Assembly: GCF_058153355.1 (NCBI RefSeq)
Contig: NZ_CM177019.1
Length of the DNA stretch: 64,000 bases
Reading direction: 5' to 3' (one strand)
The notes beneath the pieces are model-generated. The model made no database searches. It was given only the letters and a program-made list of their open reading frames with translations, and was not told the DNA's origin. Below are positions 29,076 through 43,984 of this stretch, piece after piece. A program made the position numbers and the translations under genes. Numbering within the stretch: position 1 is the first letter of the stretch; each line of letters opens with the position of its first letter.

Positions 29076-30443
29076 TTAATAAAATAGCGTGATTGTGGCA
29101 ATCATATTCACCACGAAACCGACTGCCATGGGGATCGCTGTCCGCTTCACCACTGCAAAAGGCGAAACACCTGCAATTCCTGATGTAACGACCACCACCG
29201 CAGTAATCGGCGAAACAGCGCGCGCTAGCGTCGTGGCAAAATGCATCGGCATAATCATTACAACCGCTGGTACATGTAGTCCGGCTGCGATATTCGGAAT
29301 AAGACTGGCAAATGACATAAATGGCGCATTGCCTGAGCCCATCACAATGGCACAAATGGCAATGACCAGCGCCATAATAATCATCACGCCAATACCGCCC
29401 AGACCAGAATGCTCCGCACCCCTGATAACCGCATCGACAGTGCCAATCGTCGTTAAGCCTTTCGCAAATATTTCACCCGCGACCACCAGCGTTACCACGT
29501 TGGCAAACTGCGTACCCATGCCGTCAAAAAACGCCTGCACATCGTCCATTGTTTCGCGCAAGTTATGCTTGCGGAAGAACTCAACAAACATCGTCACCGT
29601 CAAACTCAGTAACATCACCACCACCAGATGCAGTTCTGACTGCATCAGCCCGACGTGGGCGAGGAACAGCGAGCCGAGCATCAGGATTAACGGCATCACC
29701 GGTAAAATGGCGTAATAGAGCGGCGGGACATTATCGAGAGCTTTTTGCTCTGCCTGTTCGTGATTGATATTTTTATCTTTTTTGTCGAAAGCGCGTTGCA
29801 CGAAAAAGTGAGAGATCGCTACCGAGATAATGACGCAAGAGGCGACCGGAAGCTGGTAGTGGAAGAAGTAAGTGGCAATTTTCATTCCTGCCACCTGGGC
29901 CGCAAAAATAGAGTTCGTTTCCAGAATCCCCCACTCAATGGACATCGTGGTTGCGATAACTGCCACCGCAGAGAGTCGACTTACTCCCAGACTCACTAGT
30001 GTTGGAAATAAGGTGACCATCAGCAACATACCCAGACCGGAGGCGCTGGTAATAAACTGCGCCATGATTTGGCCGATAACGTAAGTTGCCGACAGAATAA
30101 GATACGGCGAGCGAATGAGTTTTAACGGGCGGCTTAACAAGCTCACCATCGCCCGACTGGCTCCTATGCGCTCCATGTAGCGGGCATACCCGCCCACCGC
30201 CATAATCGACAACCCTAACCCGGCAATGCGGTTGGACAGCATGCGCAGGATTTCATTATAAATATCGACGATCAAGTAGCCGCTGCTTTTGGCGGGATCG
30301 AGCACACCACCGAACCCTAACCAGACACCGCACATCATCAGGAAGATACCTGCGGCAGCCAGCACCACCTGAGGTTTGTAGTTTTTCAGGATCAAATAGC
30401 CCATCGTAATTAATACGATGACAGATATAATTATGCCGAACAT
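29076..30443 (-). CDS. dcuD: Anaerobic C4-dicarboxylate transporter DcuD (DcuC family)
   Basis: Canonical start [25 protein letters not shown] inside ORF-track frame 29076-30461; 455 aa. Confidence 0.9.
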   Translation of the reverse strand: MFGIIISVIVLITMGYLILKNYKPQVVLAAAGIFLMMCGVWLGFGGVLDPAKSSGYLIVDIYNEILRMLSNRIAGLGLSIMAVGGYARYMERIGASRAMVSLLSRPLKLIRSPYLILSATYVIGQIMAQFITSASGLGMLLMVTLFPTLVSLGVSRLSAVAVIATTMSIEWGILETNSIFAAQVAGMKIATYFFHYQLPVASCVIISVAISHFFVQRAFDKKDKNINHEQAEQKALDNVPPLYYAILPVMPLILMLGSLFLAHVGLMQSELHLVVVMLLSLTVTMFVEFFRKHNLRETMDDVQAFFDGMGTQFANVVTLVVAGEIFAKGLTTIGTVDAVIRGAEHSGLGGIGVMIIMALVIAICAIVMGSGNAPFMSFASLIPNIAAGLHVPAVVMIMPMHFATTLARAVSPITAVVVVTSGIAGVSPFAVVKRTAIPMAVGFVVNMIATITLFY

Positions 30444-30823
30444 TGTTGAACTCCGTGTCAAAAGAAAACGGTCAATCCCATAAACGGCAGATTGAAAACA
30501 GTGATGTTATATTTTTTGCAAGGCTATTTATGGTGTTGGTGTCGTATTTTTTAATTCTGGATGAGGCAATTTTTCATTATAAAATATGCATTTATGATTA
30601 TTTTGTAAGAACATGTTCGTAATATTCATAATGCTTGTGAATAGTCTTATGAATAATTCATTCAGGATGTTTTTATCTGCGTTACACTAATTTTTCGCAA
30701 TAGTTAATTATTCAGTTAATTATAGTAATGATGAGGCACAAAGAGAAAATCCCGCCATTTCCCCCTACTTTCAATCCTGTGATAGGATGTCACTGATGAT
30801 GTTAATCACACTGACCTTACAGA

Positions 30824-31615
30824 ATGGGCCTTATGAACGCATTTGATTCGCAAACCGAAGATTCTTCACCTGCAATTGGTCGCAACTTGCGCAGCCGCCC
30901 GCTGGCGCGTAAAAAACTCTCCGAAATGGTGGAAGAAGAGCTGGAACAGATGATCCGCCGTCGTGAATTTGGCGAAGGTGAACAATTACCGTCTGAACGC
31001 GAACTGATGGCGTTCTTTAACGTCGGGCGTCCTTCGGTGCGTGAAGCGCTGGCAGCGTTAAAACGCAAAGGTCTGGTGCAAATAAACAACGGCGAACGCG
31101 CCCGCGTCTCACGTCCTTCTGCGGACACCATCATCGGCGAGCTTTCCGGCATGGCGAAAGATTTCCTTTCTCATCCTGGCGGGATTGCCCATTTCGAACA
31201 ATTACGTCTGTTCTTTGAATCCAGCCTGGTGCGCTATGCGGCTGAACACGCCACCGATGAGCAAATCGATTTGCTGGCAAAAGCACTGGAAATCAACAGT
31301 CAGTCGCTTGATAACAACGCGGCATTCATTCGTTCAGACGTTGATTTCCACCGCGTGCTGGCGGAGATCCCCGGTAACCCAATCTTCATGGCGATCCACG
31401 TTGCCCTGCTCGACTGGCTGATCGCCGCACGTCCAACCGTGGCTGATCAGGCTCTGCACGAGCATAACAACGTTAGCTATCAACAGCATATTGCGATCGT
31501 TGATGCGATCCGCCGCCACGATCCCGATGAAGCCGATCGCGCGTTGCAATCGCATCTCAACAGCGTCTCTGCTACCTGGCACGCCTTCGGTCAGACCACC
31601 AACAAAAAGAAATAA
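30824..31615 (+). CDS. nanR: GntR/FadR-family repressor of sialic acid catabolism NanR
   Basis: 263-aa [47 protein letters not shown]... Confidence 0.9.
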   Translation: MGLMNAFDSQTEDSSPAIGRNLRSRPLARKKLSEMVEEELEQMIRRREFGEGEQLPSERELMAFFNVGRPSVREALAALKRKGLVQINNGERARVSRPSADTIIGELSGMAKDFLSHPGGIAHFEQLRLFFESSLVRYAAEHATDEQIDLLAKALEINSQSLDNNAAFIRSDVDFHRVLAEIPGNPIFMAIHVALLDWLIAARPTVADQALHEHNNVSYQQHIAIVDAIRRHDPDEADRALQSHLNSVSATWHAFGQTTNKKK

Positions 31616-31678
31616 TGCCACTTTAGTGAAGCAGATCGCATTATAAGCTTTCTGTATGGGGTGTTGCTTAATTGATCT

Positions 31679-31701
31679 GGTATAACAGGTATAAAGGTAT
31701 A
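31679..31701. promoter_or_regulatory. NanR operator: three direct GGTATA repeats in the nanA promoter
   Basis: ggtataacaggtataaaggtata about 35 bp upstream of the nanA start; matches the published Nan-box GGTATA repeat. Confidence 0.7.
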
Positions 31702-31736
31702 TCGTTTATCAGACAAGCATCACTTCAGAGGTATTT

Positions 31737-32630
31737 ATGGCAACGAATTTACGTGGCGTAATGGCCGCACTCCTGACTCCTTTTGATCAACAACAAGCAC
31801 TGGATAAAGCGAGTCTGCGTCGCCTGGTTCAGTTCAATATTCAGCAGGGCATCGACGGTTTATACGTGGGTGGTTCTACCGGCGAAGCCTTTGTACAAAG
31901 CCTTTCCGAGCGTGAACAGGTACTGGAAATCGTCGCCGAAGAGGCGAAAGGCAAGATTAAACTCATCGCTCATGTAGGTTGCGTCAGCACTGCTGAAAGC
32001 CAACAGCTTGCATCTTCAGCCAAACGTTATGGCTTCGATGCCGTCTCCGCCGTCACGCCGTTCTACTACCCTTTCAGCTTTGAAGAACACTGCGATCACT
32101 ATCGGGCAATTATTGATTCGGCGGATGGGTTGCCGATGGTGGTGTACAACATTCCGGCGTTAAGCGGCGTTAAACTGACCCTGGATCAGATTAACACTCT
32201 GGTTACGTTGCCTGGTGTCGGCGCGCTGAAACAGACCTCTGGCGATCTCTATCAGATGGAGCAGATCCGTCGTGAACATCCGGATCTGGTGCTCTATAAC
32301 GGTTACGACGAAATCTTTGCTTCTGGTTTGTTGGCGGGCGCTGATGGTGGTATCGGTAGTACTTACAACATTATGGGCTGGCGTTATCAGGGTATCGTGA
32401 AGGCGCTGAAAGAAGGCGATATCCAGACCGCGCAGAAGCTGCAAACCGAATGTAATAAAGTCATTGATTTACTGATCAAAACGGGCGTATTCCGCGGCCT
32501 GAAAACGGTCCTGCACTATATGGATGTCGTTTCTGTGCCGCTGTGCCGCAAACCGTTTGGTCCGGTCGATGAAAAATATCTGCCAGAACTGAAGGCGCTA
32601 GCCCAGCAGTTGATGCAAGAGCGCGGGTGA
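31737..32630 (+). CDS. nanA: N-acetylneuraminate lyase
   Basis: 297-aa [53 protein letters not shown]... Confidence 0.95.
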   Translation: MATNLRGVMAALLTPFDQQQALDKASLRRLVQFNIQQGIDGLYVGGSTGEAFVQSLSEREQVLEIVAEEAKGKIKLIAHVGCVSTAESQQLASSAKRYGFDAVSAVTPFYYPFSFEEHCDHYRAIIDSADGLPMVVYNIPALSGVKLTLDQINTLVTLPGVGALKQTSGDLYQMEQIRREHPDLVLYNGYDEIFASGLLAGADGGIGSTYNIMGWRYQGIVKALKEGDIQTAQKLQTECNKVIDLLIKTGVFRGLKTVLHYMDVVSVPLCRKPFGPVDEKYLPELKALAQQLMQERG

Positions 32631-32738
32631 GTTGTTTCCCCTCGCTCGCCCCTACCGGGTGAGGGGAAATAAACGCATCTGTACCCTACAATTTTTATAC
32701 CAAAGCGTGTGGGCATCGCCCACCGCGGGAGACTCACA

Positions 32739-34229
32739 ATGAGTACTACAACCCAGAATATCCCGTGGTATCGCCATCTCAACCGCGCACAATGGCGCGC
32801 ATTTTCCGCTGCCTGGTTGGGATATCTGCTTGACGGTTTTGATTTCGTTTTAATCGCCCTGGTACTCACCGAAGTACAAGGTGAATTCGGGCTGACGACG
32901 GTACAGGCGGCAAGTCTGATCTCCGCAGCCTTTATCTCTCGCTGGTTCGGCGGCCTGATGCTTGGCGCTATGGGCGACCGCTACGGGCGTCGTCTGGCAA
33001 TGGTTACCAGTATCGTTCTCTTCTCGGCCGGGACGCTGGCCTGCGGCTTTGCGCCAGGCTACATCACCATGTTTATTGCTCGTCTGGTCATCGGCATGGG
33101 GATGGCGGGAGAATACGGCTCCAGCGCCACCTATGTCATTGAACGCTGGCCAAAACATCTGCGTAACAAAGCCAGTGGCTTTCTGATTTCCGGCTTCTCG
33201 GTGGGTGCCGTCGTTGCCGCTCAGGTCTACAGCCTGGTGGTTCCGGTCTGGGGCTGGCGAGCGCTGTTCTTTATCGGCATTTTGCCAATCATCTTTGCTC
33301 TCTGGCTGCGTAAAAACATTCCGGAAGCGGAAGACTGGAAAGAGAAACACGCAGGTAAAGCACCAGTACGCACGATGGTAGACATTCTTTACCGTGGTGA
33401 ACATCGCATTGCCAATATCGTAATGACGCTGGCGGCGGCTACTGCGCTGTGGTTCTGCTTCGCTGGTAACCTGCAAAATGCCGCAATCGTCGCTGTTCTC
33501 GGGCTGTTATGTGCCGCAATCTTTATCAGCTTTATGGTTCAGAGTACGGGCAAACGCTGGCCAACGGGCGTAATGCTGATGGTGGTTGTGTTATTTGCTT
33601 TCCTCTACTCATGGCCGATTCAGGCACTGCTGCCAACGTATCTGAAAACCGATCTTGCTTATGACCCGCATACTGTTGCCAATGTGCTGTTCTTTAGTGG
33701 CTTTGGTGCGGCGGTGGGGTGCTGCGTCGGTGGCTTCCTCGGTGACTGGCTGGGAACCCGCAAAGCGTACGTTTGCAGTCTGCTGGCCTCACAGCTGCTG
33801 ATTATTCCGGTATTTGCGATTGGTGGCGCAAACGTCTGGGTGCTCGGTCTGTTACTGTTCTTCCAGCAAATGCTTGGACAAGGGATCGCCGGGATCTTAC
33901 CGAAACTGATTGGCGGTTATTTCGATACCGACCAGCGTGCAGCGGGCCTGGGCTTTACCTACAACGTTGGCGCATTGGGCGGCGCACTGGCCCCAATCAT
34001 CGGCGCGTTGATCGCTCAACGCCTGGATCTGGGTACTGCGCTGGCATCGCTTTCGTTTAGCCTGACGTTCGTGGTGATCCTGCTGATTGGGCTGGATATG
34101 CCTTCTCGCGTTCAGCGTTGGTTGCGCCCGGAAGCGTTGCGTACTCATGACGCTATCGACGGCAAACCATTTAGCGGTGCCGTGCCGTTTGGCAGCGCTA
34201 AAAACGATTTAGTCAAAACCAAAAGTTAA
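32739..34229 (+). CDS. nanT: Sialic acid:H+ symporter NanT (MFS)
   Basis: Canonical start [22 protein letters not shown] inside ORF-track frame 32709-34229; 496 aa. Confidence 0.9.
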   Translation: MSTTTQNIPWYRHLNRAQWRAFSAAWLGYLLDGFDFVLIALVLTEVQGEFGLTTVQAASLISAAFISRWFGGLMLGAMGDRYGRRLAMVTSIVLFSAGTLACGFAPGYITMFIARLVIGMGMAGEYGSSATYVIERWPKHLRNKASGFLISGFSVGAVVAAQVYSLVVPVWGWRALFFIGILPIIFALWLRKNIPEAEDWKEKHAGKAPVRTMVDILYRGEHRIANIVMTLAAATALWFCFAGNLQNAAIVAVLGLLCAAIFISFMVQSTGKRWPTGVMLMVVVLFAFLYSWPIQALLPTYLKTDLAYDPHTVANVLFFSGFGAAVGCCVGGFLGDWLGTRKAYVCSLLASQLLIIPVFAIGGANVWVLGLLLFFQQMLGQGIAGILPKLIGGYFDTDQRAAGLGFTYNVGALGGALAPIIGALIAQRLDLGTALASLSFSLTFVVILLIGLDMPSRVQRWLRPEALRTHDAIDGKPFSGAVPFGSAKNDLVKTKS

Positions 34230-34275
34230 TCCTGTTGCCCGGTCTTCTACCGGGCCTTTCGCTAAGGGAAGATGT

Positions 34276-34961
34276 ATGTCGTTACTTGCACAACTGGATC
34301 AAAAAATCGCTGCTAACGGTGGCCTGATTGTCTCCTGCCAGCCGGTTCCGGACAGCCCACTCGATAAACCTGAAATCGTCGCCGCCATGGCATTAGCGGC
34401 AGAGCAGGCGGGAGCGGTTGCCATTCGTATTGAAGGTGTGACAAATCTGCAAGCCACGCGTGCGGTGGTGAGTGTGCCGATTATCGGGATTGTGAAACGC
34501 GATCTAGAGGATTCTCCGGTACGCATCACGGCATATATTGAAGATGTCGATGCGCTGGCGCAGGCAGGCGCGGATATCATCGCGATTGACGGCACCGACC
34601 GACCGCGTCCGGTGCCTGTTGAAACGCTACTGGCACGTATCCACCATCACGGTTTACTGGCGATGACCGACTGCTCAACGCCGGAAGACGGCCTGGCATG
34701 CCAAAAGCTGGGAGCCGAAATTATTGGCACTACGCTTTCTGGCTATACCACACCTGAAACGCCAGAAGAGCCGGATCTGGCGCTGGTGAAAACGTTGAGC
34801 GACGCCGGATGTCGGGTGATTGCCGAAGGGCGTTACAACTCGCCTGCTCAGGCGGCGGATGCGATGCGCCACGGTGCATGGGCGGTAACGGTCGGTTCTG
34901 CTATCACGCGTCTTGAACACATTTGTCAGTGGTACAACACAGCGATGAAAAAGGCGGTGCT

Positions 34962-34965
<4 letters not shown>
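34276..34965 (+). CDS. nanE: N-acetylmannosamine-6-phosphate 2-epimerase
   Basis: 229-aa [32 protein letters not shown]... Confidence 0.9.
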
Positions 34966-36298
<1,333 letters not shown>

Positions 36299-36318
36299 AA
36301 CTTAGTTCGTTTTAAAGA

Positions 36319-36346
36319 TTCTGCAGACACTGTCTGCAGAATTCGA
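36319..36346. repeat. Palindrome of the CAGAC-N3-GTCTG family (copy A), just 3' of yhcH
   Basis: ttctgcagacactgtctgcagaattc; related to the three palindromes inside yhcG. Confidence 0.6.
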
Positions 36347-36367
36347 AACCGCTGAAATTAACGGCGT

Positions 36368-37234
36368 CTATAGCCTTCCTCTAGCACCGCCTGTGTTCGA
36401 ACGAGTTCGGCGGTGGAAAAACAGCAGATCGACACGAAACCAGTTGTCATCAATGCGTAACCTTCGCTGCCGACCAACAAAGGCAAAATCATCCCCAAGT
36501 TCCAGCATTAAATCCATCAGGTGATTGATCAGCGCCTCCTCAAAATCGGATTCTGAGTATTCATCTTTCAATTCCAGAAATTCGAGCACAAAGGGATCGC
36601 GTATCGCCTGTTGCGGAAGAATATGCGTCTCGGCAGGAGCGTGTTGTTGCAGCATGGCTGATTTGTCATGTGACAGTAGTGTTCGCTCATAAAATTGGGT
36701 CGCAATTTGCCGCTCTAGCTGGCGGACAGACCAACCACAGCGGAGCGCCTCTTTTTCATAAAAGCTGCGGGCGTCAGCGTTTTTAACGGAAAGTAGACGG
36801 ACGTAGGTGGACCAAGGCAGGGGGAACGATTTGGCAGACAGCGTCTGCCAAATCTTTGCCGATGGGAATTCTGCAGACGGTGTCTGCGGAATTCCCAATG
36901 GTGTTAATTCGCCAGACACTGTCTGGCGAATTTCAACATGTTGAAAAAAGAGGTAAAAAAGCCTCATTTGGCGTAAGTTTTTTGCAGAGAACCCACGCTT
37001 ATACCTTAGACTTAAATCCTTTGATAGTCGCTTGATTAGCTGCGCACCATACGCAGCTCTGGCCTCGCCACCTTGTTCAAATTCGACAATTCGTCGGCCA
37101 ATTTCCCAGTACGTCGCGGTCATCAGCGCGTTAACGCTACGTACCGTTTCCGTTCGGGCGCTATCGACCAGATGAATAATGCCGTCGTGGATTTGCTGGT
37201 AGCCTGCTGTGGTTCCTTCTGAGAGCGATTCCAT
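36368..37234 (-). pseudogene. yhcG: yhcG-like DUF1016 / PD-(D/E)XK nuclease-family gene, apparently truncated near the 3' end
   Basis: 288-aa ORF MESLSEGTTAGYQQIHDGIIHLVDSARTE... runs to ...RIDDNWFRVDLLFFHRR then gives 12 unrelated residues and a stop; the following ExK nuclease motif is absent; K-12 YhcG recalled as about 375 aa. Confidence 0.5.
36830..36932. repeat. Three tandem perfect palindromes (CAGAC-N3-GTCTG cores) inside the yhcG coding sequence
   Basis: tttggcagacagcgtctgccaaa (36830-36852), gaattctgcagacggtgtctgcggaattc (36866-36894), aattcgccagacactgtctggcgaatt (36906-36932); each encodes I-x-Q-T-x-S-x-E/K on the minus strand. Confidence 0.7.
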
Positions 37235-37417
37235 TATCTTTCCCTTTATATGGCGCAGTGTTGAATAATGGAATCAGCTATACGCCGGGCATCTGCCGGT
37301 AACAATCCAGATGTGCGTATTACATTGGTTTTCTTCAGATTATGCGAGGCGCTTTCCAGAACGAAAGGAGAATTTCAGCGCCGACTCTTTTCTGAGGAGG
37401 CGGCGCTGGGACAGAGC

Positions 37418-38848
<1,431 letters not shown>

Positions 38849-41800
38849 TTACTGCGCCTGCACGCGCAACTCTGCTGCGCTACGACTACGGTGACCCAGC
38901 AGTGCTTTTACATCACTGGACTTCGGTTTAACCAGCGCGAATTTCGTGGCGAAGGTTGACCAGTTCGCCAGAATCTCTTCACCGCGCTGGGAACCGGTAT
39001 GCTGCACATGCTCGGTGATAAGACCACGCAGATGCTCTTCATGGATCGCCAAATCGTCAACGCTTAAGACCTCGACCAGTTCCGGGTTAACGCGTTTGCG
39101 GAAATCGCCGCTTTCATCGAGAACGTAAGCGAAGCCGCCGGTCATGCCCGCGCCGAAGTTAACGCCGGTTTTACCCAGAATACAGACAATACCGCCCGTC
39201 ATATATTCACAGCCGTTGTCGCCAATGCCTTCTACCACGGTGATAGCACCGGAGTTCCGCACGCCGAAACGTTCACCCGCGCGGCCTGCGGCATACAGAC
39301 GACCACCGGTCGCGCCATACAGGCAGGTGTTGCCGATAATGCTTGCTTCATGGCTGCGGAAGGCGGAACCAACCGGAGGACGAATGGCGATTAAGCCGCC
39401 CGCCATGCCTTTACCGACATAGTCGTTGGCATCACCGGTCAGGTACAGTTCCACGCCGCCCGCGTTCCACACACCGAAGCTCTGGCCTGCGGTGCCGTTG
39501 AAGTACGCTTTGATCGGATCGGCTGCCAGACCCTGATCGCCGTGCGTCTGAGCGATATAGCCTGAAAGCGACGCGCCGACAGAACGGTCGGTGTTGCGAA
39601 TATCGAACCAGAAGGTTTTGCTCTGACGCTCATCGACAAACGGTTTTGCCTGTTGCAGCAACTGCGCGTTCAGCAGGCCATTATCAAACGGCGGGTTGTT
39701 TTCGGTACAGTAGAGCGCCTTACCTGGATGCGGCTCGGCAGTCTCCAGCAGCTTCGACAGCGCCAGTTTCTGCTGTTTGGCGGTGAAACCGTCCAGCTCT
39801 TTGAGCAGGTCGGTACGGCCAATCAGATCCACCAGGCGCGTTACGCCCAGTTGCGCCATCAGCTCGCGGGTTTCACGGGCGATAAACTCAAAGTAATTGG
39901 TCACTTTGAACGGCAGGCCGTGATAGTGATTCTTACGCAGCTTGTCATCCTGAGTTGCTACACCGGTGGCGCAGTTGTTCAGATGGCAGATTCGCAGGTA
40001 TTTACAGCCGAGCGCCACCATCGGGCCAGTGCCGAAGCCGAAGCTTTCTGCGCCGAGAATCGCCGCTTTGATGATATCGACACCTGTTTTCAGGCCGCCA
40101 TCGACCTGCAAACGGATCTTATGACGCAAGCCGTTGGCAACCAGCGCCTGTTGTGTTTCAACAAGCCCCAGTTCCCACGGGCAGCCTGCGTATTTCACCG
40201 ATGAAAGCGGACTTGCGCCGGTGCCGCCGTCATAGCCTGCGATGGTGATCAAGTCCGCATAAGCTTTCGCCACGCCAGTCGCGATGGTGCCAACGCCCGG
40301 TTCAGAAACCAGCTTCACGGAGATCATCGCTTTCGGGTTAACCTGCTTGAGGTCGAAAATGAGCTGCGCTAAGTCCTCGATAGAGTAGATATCATGGTGC
40401 GGCGGCGGAGAGATCAGCGTCACTCCGGGCACCGAATAGCGCAGTTTGGCGATGTAAGGAGTGACTTTATCGCCCGGCAACTGACCGCCTTCGCCCGGTT
40501 TCGCGCCCTGGGCGACTTTAATCTGAATGACGTCAGCATTGACCAGGTACGCCGGAGTAACGCCGAAGCGACCAGAAGCCACCTGCTTGATGCGCGACAC
40601 TTTGTTAGTGCCGTAGCGCGCCGGATCTTCACCACCTTCACCGGAGTTCGAGTTACCGCCGATGCTATTCATCGCTTCCGCCAGCGCCTCGTGGGCTTCC
40701 GGGCTTAACGCGCCGATAGACATCGCAGCGGTATCGAAGCGTTTAAACAGTTCGCTTGCCGGTTCAACATCGGCAATGTTGACTGCGTTTTCACCCGGCG
40801 TAATTGCCAGCAGATCGCGCAGCGTGGTTGCCGGACGCTCATTAACCAGCTTCGCGTATTCCTGATAGTCGCTGTACTCGCCGCTTTGTACCGCCTGTTG
40901 CAGTGTGCGCACGACGTCCGGGTTGTAGGCGTGGTATTCGCCACCGTGCACGTATTTCAGCAAGCCGCCCTGGCTGATGGGCTTACGCGCCAGCCAGGCA
41001 CGTTTCGACAGATTCAGCAGATCCTGCTGGAAGTCTTCAAAGCTTGCCCCACCAATGCGGCTAACCGCGCCCTGGAAGCACAGGCCCACTACATCATCGT
41101 GCAGACCGACCGCTTCAAACAGTTTCGAGCCGCGGTAAGACGCGATGGTGGAGATGCCCATTTTGGACATGATTTTGTACAAGCCTTTGTTGATGCCGTT
41201 ACGGTAGTTGAGCATCACGGTACGATAATCTTTGGCAATCGCGTGGGTGTCTACCAGGCGGCCCAGCGTTTCATAGGCCAGGTACGGATAAATAGCCGTC
41301 GCGCCGAAGCCCAGCAACACGGCGAAGTGGTGCGGGTCGCGGGCGCTGGCGGTTTCGACGATGATATTGGCATCGCAACGCAGGCTTTGATCGACCAGAC
41401 GAGTCTGGATCGCGCCAACCGCCATCAGAGCCGGAACCGGCAGGCGATCTTTAGCGATATTCCGGTCAGAAAGCACCAGCAGCACGGTGCCGCTACGCAC
41501 CATCTGCTCTGCTTTGTCGCACAGCTCTTTGACCGTCGCTTCGAGCGTGGTTTTAGTGACGTCAAAGGTGATATCCAGCGTATTTGCGCGGTAGTGCTCC
41601 TCTTTCATCGTCGTGAGCTGTTTGAAATCGGAGTAGAGCAGAATCGGCGATTTAAAGCTTAAACGGTGCGCCTGGCCTTCTGCTTCACAGAAGACGTTCA
41701 TTTCACGCCCGATGCTGGTGGCGAGCGACATAACATGCGCTTCACGTAGCGGGTCGATTGGCGGGTTAGTGACCTGCGCAAACTGCTGGCGGAAGTAGTC

Positions 41801-43402
41801 GTAAATAATGCGCGGCTGGCTGGAGAGCACGGCGAATGGGGTATCATCGCCCATCGAACCGACGGCTTCCTGACCGTTTTCACCCAGTACGCGAATTACG
41901 GAGTCCAGCTCTTCCGCGCTGTAGTTAAACTGTTTCTGGTAGCTGGCAAGTGTGTCGTCGTCCAGTTCGCGGCTACCCACTTCTTCATCGGGCAGATCTT
42001 CAAACGGTACCAGACGGCGGACGTTTTTCTCCATCCACTCTTTATATGGATGGCGGCTTTTCAGATCGTCATCGGTTTCTGCCGAGTGCAGAATACGCCC
42101 ACTGCGGGTGTCGATAACCATTAGTTCGCCTGGCCCCACGCGGCCTTTTTCGACTACTTCGTCAGGCTGATAATCCCAGATACCGACTTCAGAGGCGCAG
42201 GTGATGAGCTTATCTTTGGTGATGACGTAGCGCGCCGGACGCAGACCGTTACGGTCGAGGTTACAGGCAGCAAAACGACCATCGGACATTACGATGCCCG
42301 CCGGGCCATCCCACGGCTCCATATGCATGGAGTTAAAGTCGAAGAACGCGCGCAGCTCCGGGTCCATATCCGGGTTGTTCTGCCAGGCGGGTGGCACTAA
42401 CAGACGCATGGCGCGGATGATATCCATCCCGCCCGCCAGCAGCAGTTCCAGCATGTTATCCATGGAACTGGAGTCAGAGCCGGTTTCGTTGACGAACGGC
42501 GCGGCGTCGTGCAGGTCAGGGATCAGCGGTGTCTGGAATTTATAGGTACGCGCTCGCGCCCATTGGCGGTTACCGGTGATGGTGTTGATTTCACCGTTAT
42601 GCGCCAGGTAGCGGAACGGCTGCGCCAGCGGCCAGCGCGGTACGGTATTAGTGGAGAAGCGCTGGTGGAACAGGCAGATGGCCGATTCCAGACGCAGGTC
42701 CGCGAGGTCCAGGTAGAAGCGCGGCAGATCCGCCGGCATACACAGACCTTTATAGATGTTCACCAGATTCGACAGGCTACAGACGTAGAAGTCTTTGTCA
42801 GCTTCGAGACGCTTTTCAATACGGCGGCGGGCGATAAACAGACGGCGCTCCATATCGCGCGGACGCCAACCTGCCGGGGCGTTCACAAAAATTTGCTCAA
42901 TGCGTGGCAGAGAGGAGAGGGCGATTTCACCCAGCACGCCTTCGTTAGTGGGGACATCACGCCAGCCGACAATCGACAACGTTTCGCGTTGCAGCTCTTC
43001 TTCAACGATGCGGCGTGCGGTCGCGGCGAGTTCAGGATCTTTATTCAGGAAAAGCATCCCGACGGCGTAGTTTTTCGCTAAACGCCAGCCTCGCTCCTGC
43101 GCAACAATGCGAAAAAAGCGATCCGGTTTTTGTAACAGCAAGCCGCAACCGTCACCGGTTTTACCATCGGCGAGAATCGCGCCACGGTGCTGCATGCGGG
43201 CCAGTGCGTGTATTGCAGTACGCACTACCTTGTGGCTAGGTTCGCCTTCTATGTGGGCGATCAGGCCGAAACCACAGTTATCCCTCTCAAGGGATTTATC
43301 GTACAACATATCGTGAACCTCCCCCAGGCTCTGCGGGAACCCCACTTCCGAACCGCTGCGCACGGGCACAGAAAGAGCGTGGCGACGGGGTTTGCGTTTC
43401 AT
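38849..43402 (-). CDS. gltB: Glutamate synthase (NADPH) large subunit
   Basis: ORF-track frame 38849-43417; start taken at [17 protein letters not shown] (1517 aa); propeptide precedes the [11 protein letters not shown] amidotransferase N-terminus. Confidence 0.93.
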   Translation of the reverse strand: MKRKPRRHALSVPVRSGSEVGFPQSLGEVHDMLYDKSLERDNCGFGLIAHIEGEPSHKVVRTAIHALARMQHRGAILADGKTGDGCGLLLQKPDRFFRIVAQERGWRLAKNYAVGMLFLNKDPELAATARRIVEEELQRETLSIVGWRDVPTNEGVLGEIALSSLPRIEQIFVNAPAGWRPRDMERRLFIARRRIEKRLEADKDFYVCSLSNLVNIYKGLCMPADLPRFYLDLADLRLESAICLFHQRFSTNTVPRWPLAQPFRYLAHNGEINTITGNRQWARARTYKFQTPLIPDLHDAAPFVNETGSDSSSMDNMLELLLAGGMDIIRAMRLLVPPAWQNNPDMDPELRAFFDFNSMHMEPWDGPAGIVMSDGRFAACNLDRNGLRPARYVITKDKLITCASEVGIWDYQPDEVVEKGRVGPGELMVIDTRSGRILHSAETDDDLKSRHPYKEWMEKNVRRLVPFEDLPDEEVGSRELDDDTLASYQKQFNYSAEELDSVIRVLGENGQEAVGSMGDDTPFAVLSSQPRIIYDYFRQQFAQVTNPPIDPLREAHVMSLATSIGREMNVFCEAEGQAHRLSFKSPILLYSDFKQLTTMKEEHYRANTLDITFDVTKTTLEATVKELCDKAEQMVRSGTVLLVLSDRNIAKDRLPVPALMAVGAIQTRLVDQSLRCDANIIVETASARDPHHFAVLLGFGATAIYPYLAYETLGRLVDTHAIAKDYRTVMLNYRNGINKGLYKIMSKMGISTIASYRGSKLFEAVGLHDDVVGLCFQGAVSRIGGASFEDFQQDLLNLSKRAWLARKPISQGGLLKYVHGGEYHAYNPDVVRTLQQAVQSGEYSDYQEYAKLVNERPATTLRDLLAITPGENAVNIADVEPASELFKRFDTAAMSIGALSPEAHEALAEAMNSIGGNSNSGEGGEDPARYGTNKVSRIKQVASGRFGVTPAYLVNADVIQIKVAQGAKPGEGGQLPGDKVTPYIAKLRYSVPGVTLISPPPHHDIYSIEDLAQLIFDLKQVNPKAMISVKLVSEPGVGTIATGVAKAYADLITIAGYDGGTGASPLSSVKYAGCPWELGLVETQQALVANGLRHKIRLQVDGGLKTGVDIIKAAILGAESFGFGTGPMVALGCKYLRICHLNNCATGVATQDDKLRKNHYHGLPFKVTNYFEFIARETRELMAQLGVTRLVDLIGRTDLLKELDGFTAKQQKLALSKLLETAEPHPGKALYCTENNPPFDNGLLNAQLLQQAKPFVDERQSKTFWFDIRNTDRSVGASLSGYIAQTHGDQGLAADPIKAYFNGTAGQSFGVWNAGGVELYLTGDANDYVGKGMAGGLIAIRPPVGSAFRSHEASIIGNTCLYGATGGRLYAAGRAGERFGVRNSGAITVVEGIGDNGCEYMTGGIVCILGKTGVNFGAGMTGGFAYVLDESGDFRKRVNPELVEVLSVDDLAIHEEHLRGLITEHVQHTGSQRGEEILANWSTFATKFALVKPKSSDVKALLGHRSRSAAELRVQAQ

Positions 43403-43984
43403 ACGCGCGCCTCGCATTCGCCCCCTTGTTGTCCTTTTCGCATCGATTAATACGGTGAAGAGGGGATCTCAATTACTGCATAAATATGATGAGCAGGCTG
43501 CTCATCCAGAAAGCTTCCAGCGGATTTCCAACTTATCGGGAAAGCTGATACAGGTCAAATGGCAAGCTTATTGGTACAGAAATGTGCTTTAGCGCAAAAT
43601 TCTTTATTAATTTATTGAAATTAAAAAGGATTTGTTAATTAAGTTGAAAAGAGGCGTCGTTAGGGAAACAGTCAATTCCTGACTGTCATAAAGGCGTGTT
43701 AACCCTTATCCTGCCTTGAACTGACGAGAAAGGCAGTATTTTATACTGCATTAATTGGTAATGACGTTTCATGCTACTGTTTTTTGCCTAAAATCCATAA
43801 GGAGATAAAAAAATCTGACACAAGATAAGCAAAAGTGATTTATGTGATTATGCATGAAATTTCGGTAATTTTGATTGATTATGCAATTGATAAAAGCAGG
43901 CTGGGACGATTGATCCAGGTCATCGCCGAATTGAGCTAAAAATGGCAGGCTTTGGCCTCTTTTCAAGGCGCGGTCTATCAGATT

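Noticed and set aside
30530-30625. Possible 30-codon small ORF with a plausible RBS in the AT-rich dcuD-nanR intergenic region
   Set aside because: No recognisable protein features; AT-rich promoter DNA readily yields short ORFs by chance; not supported without expression or conservation data.
40886-41662. 258-aa plus-strand ORF, with other long plus-strand ORFs at 39653-40204 and 42509-43081, all inside gltB
   Set aside because: These are shadow ORFs antisense to the unambiguous gltB reading frame, with low-complexity Arg/Ala/Gln-rich translations typical of GC-rich antisense frames.
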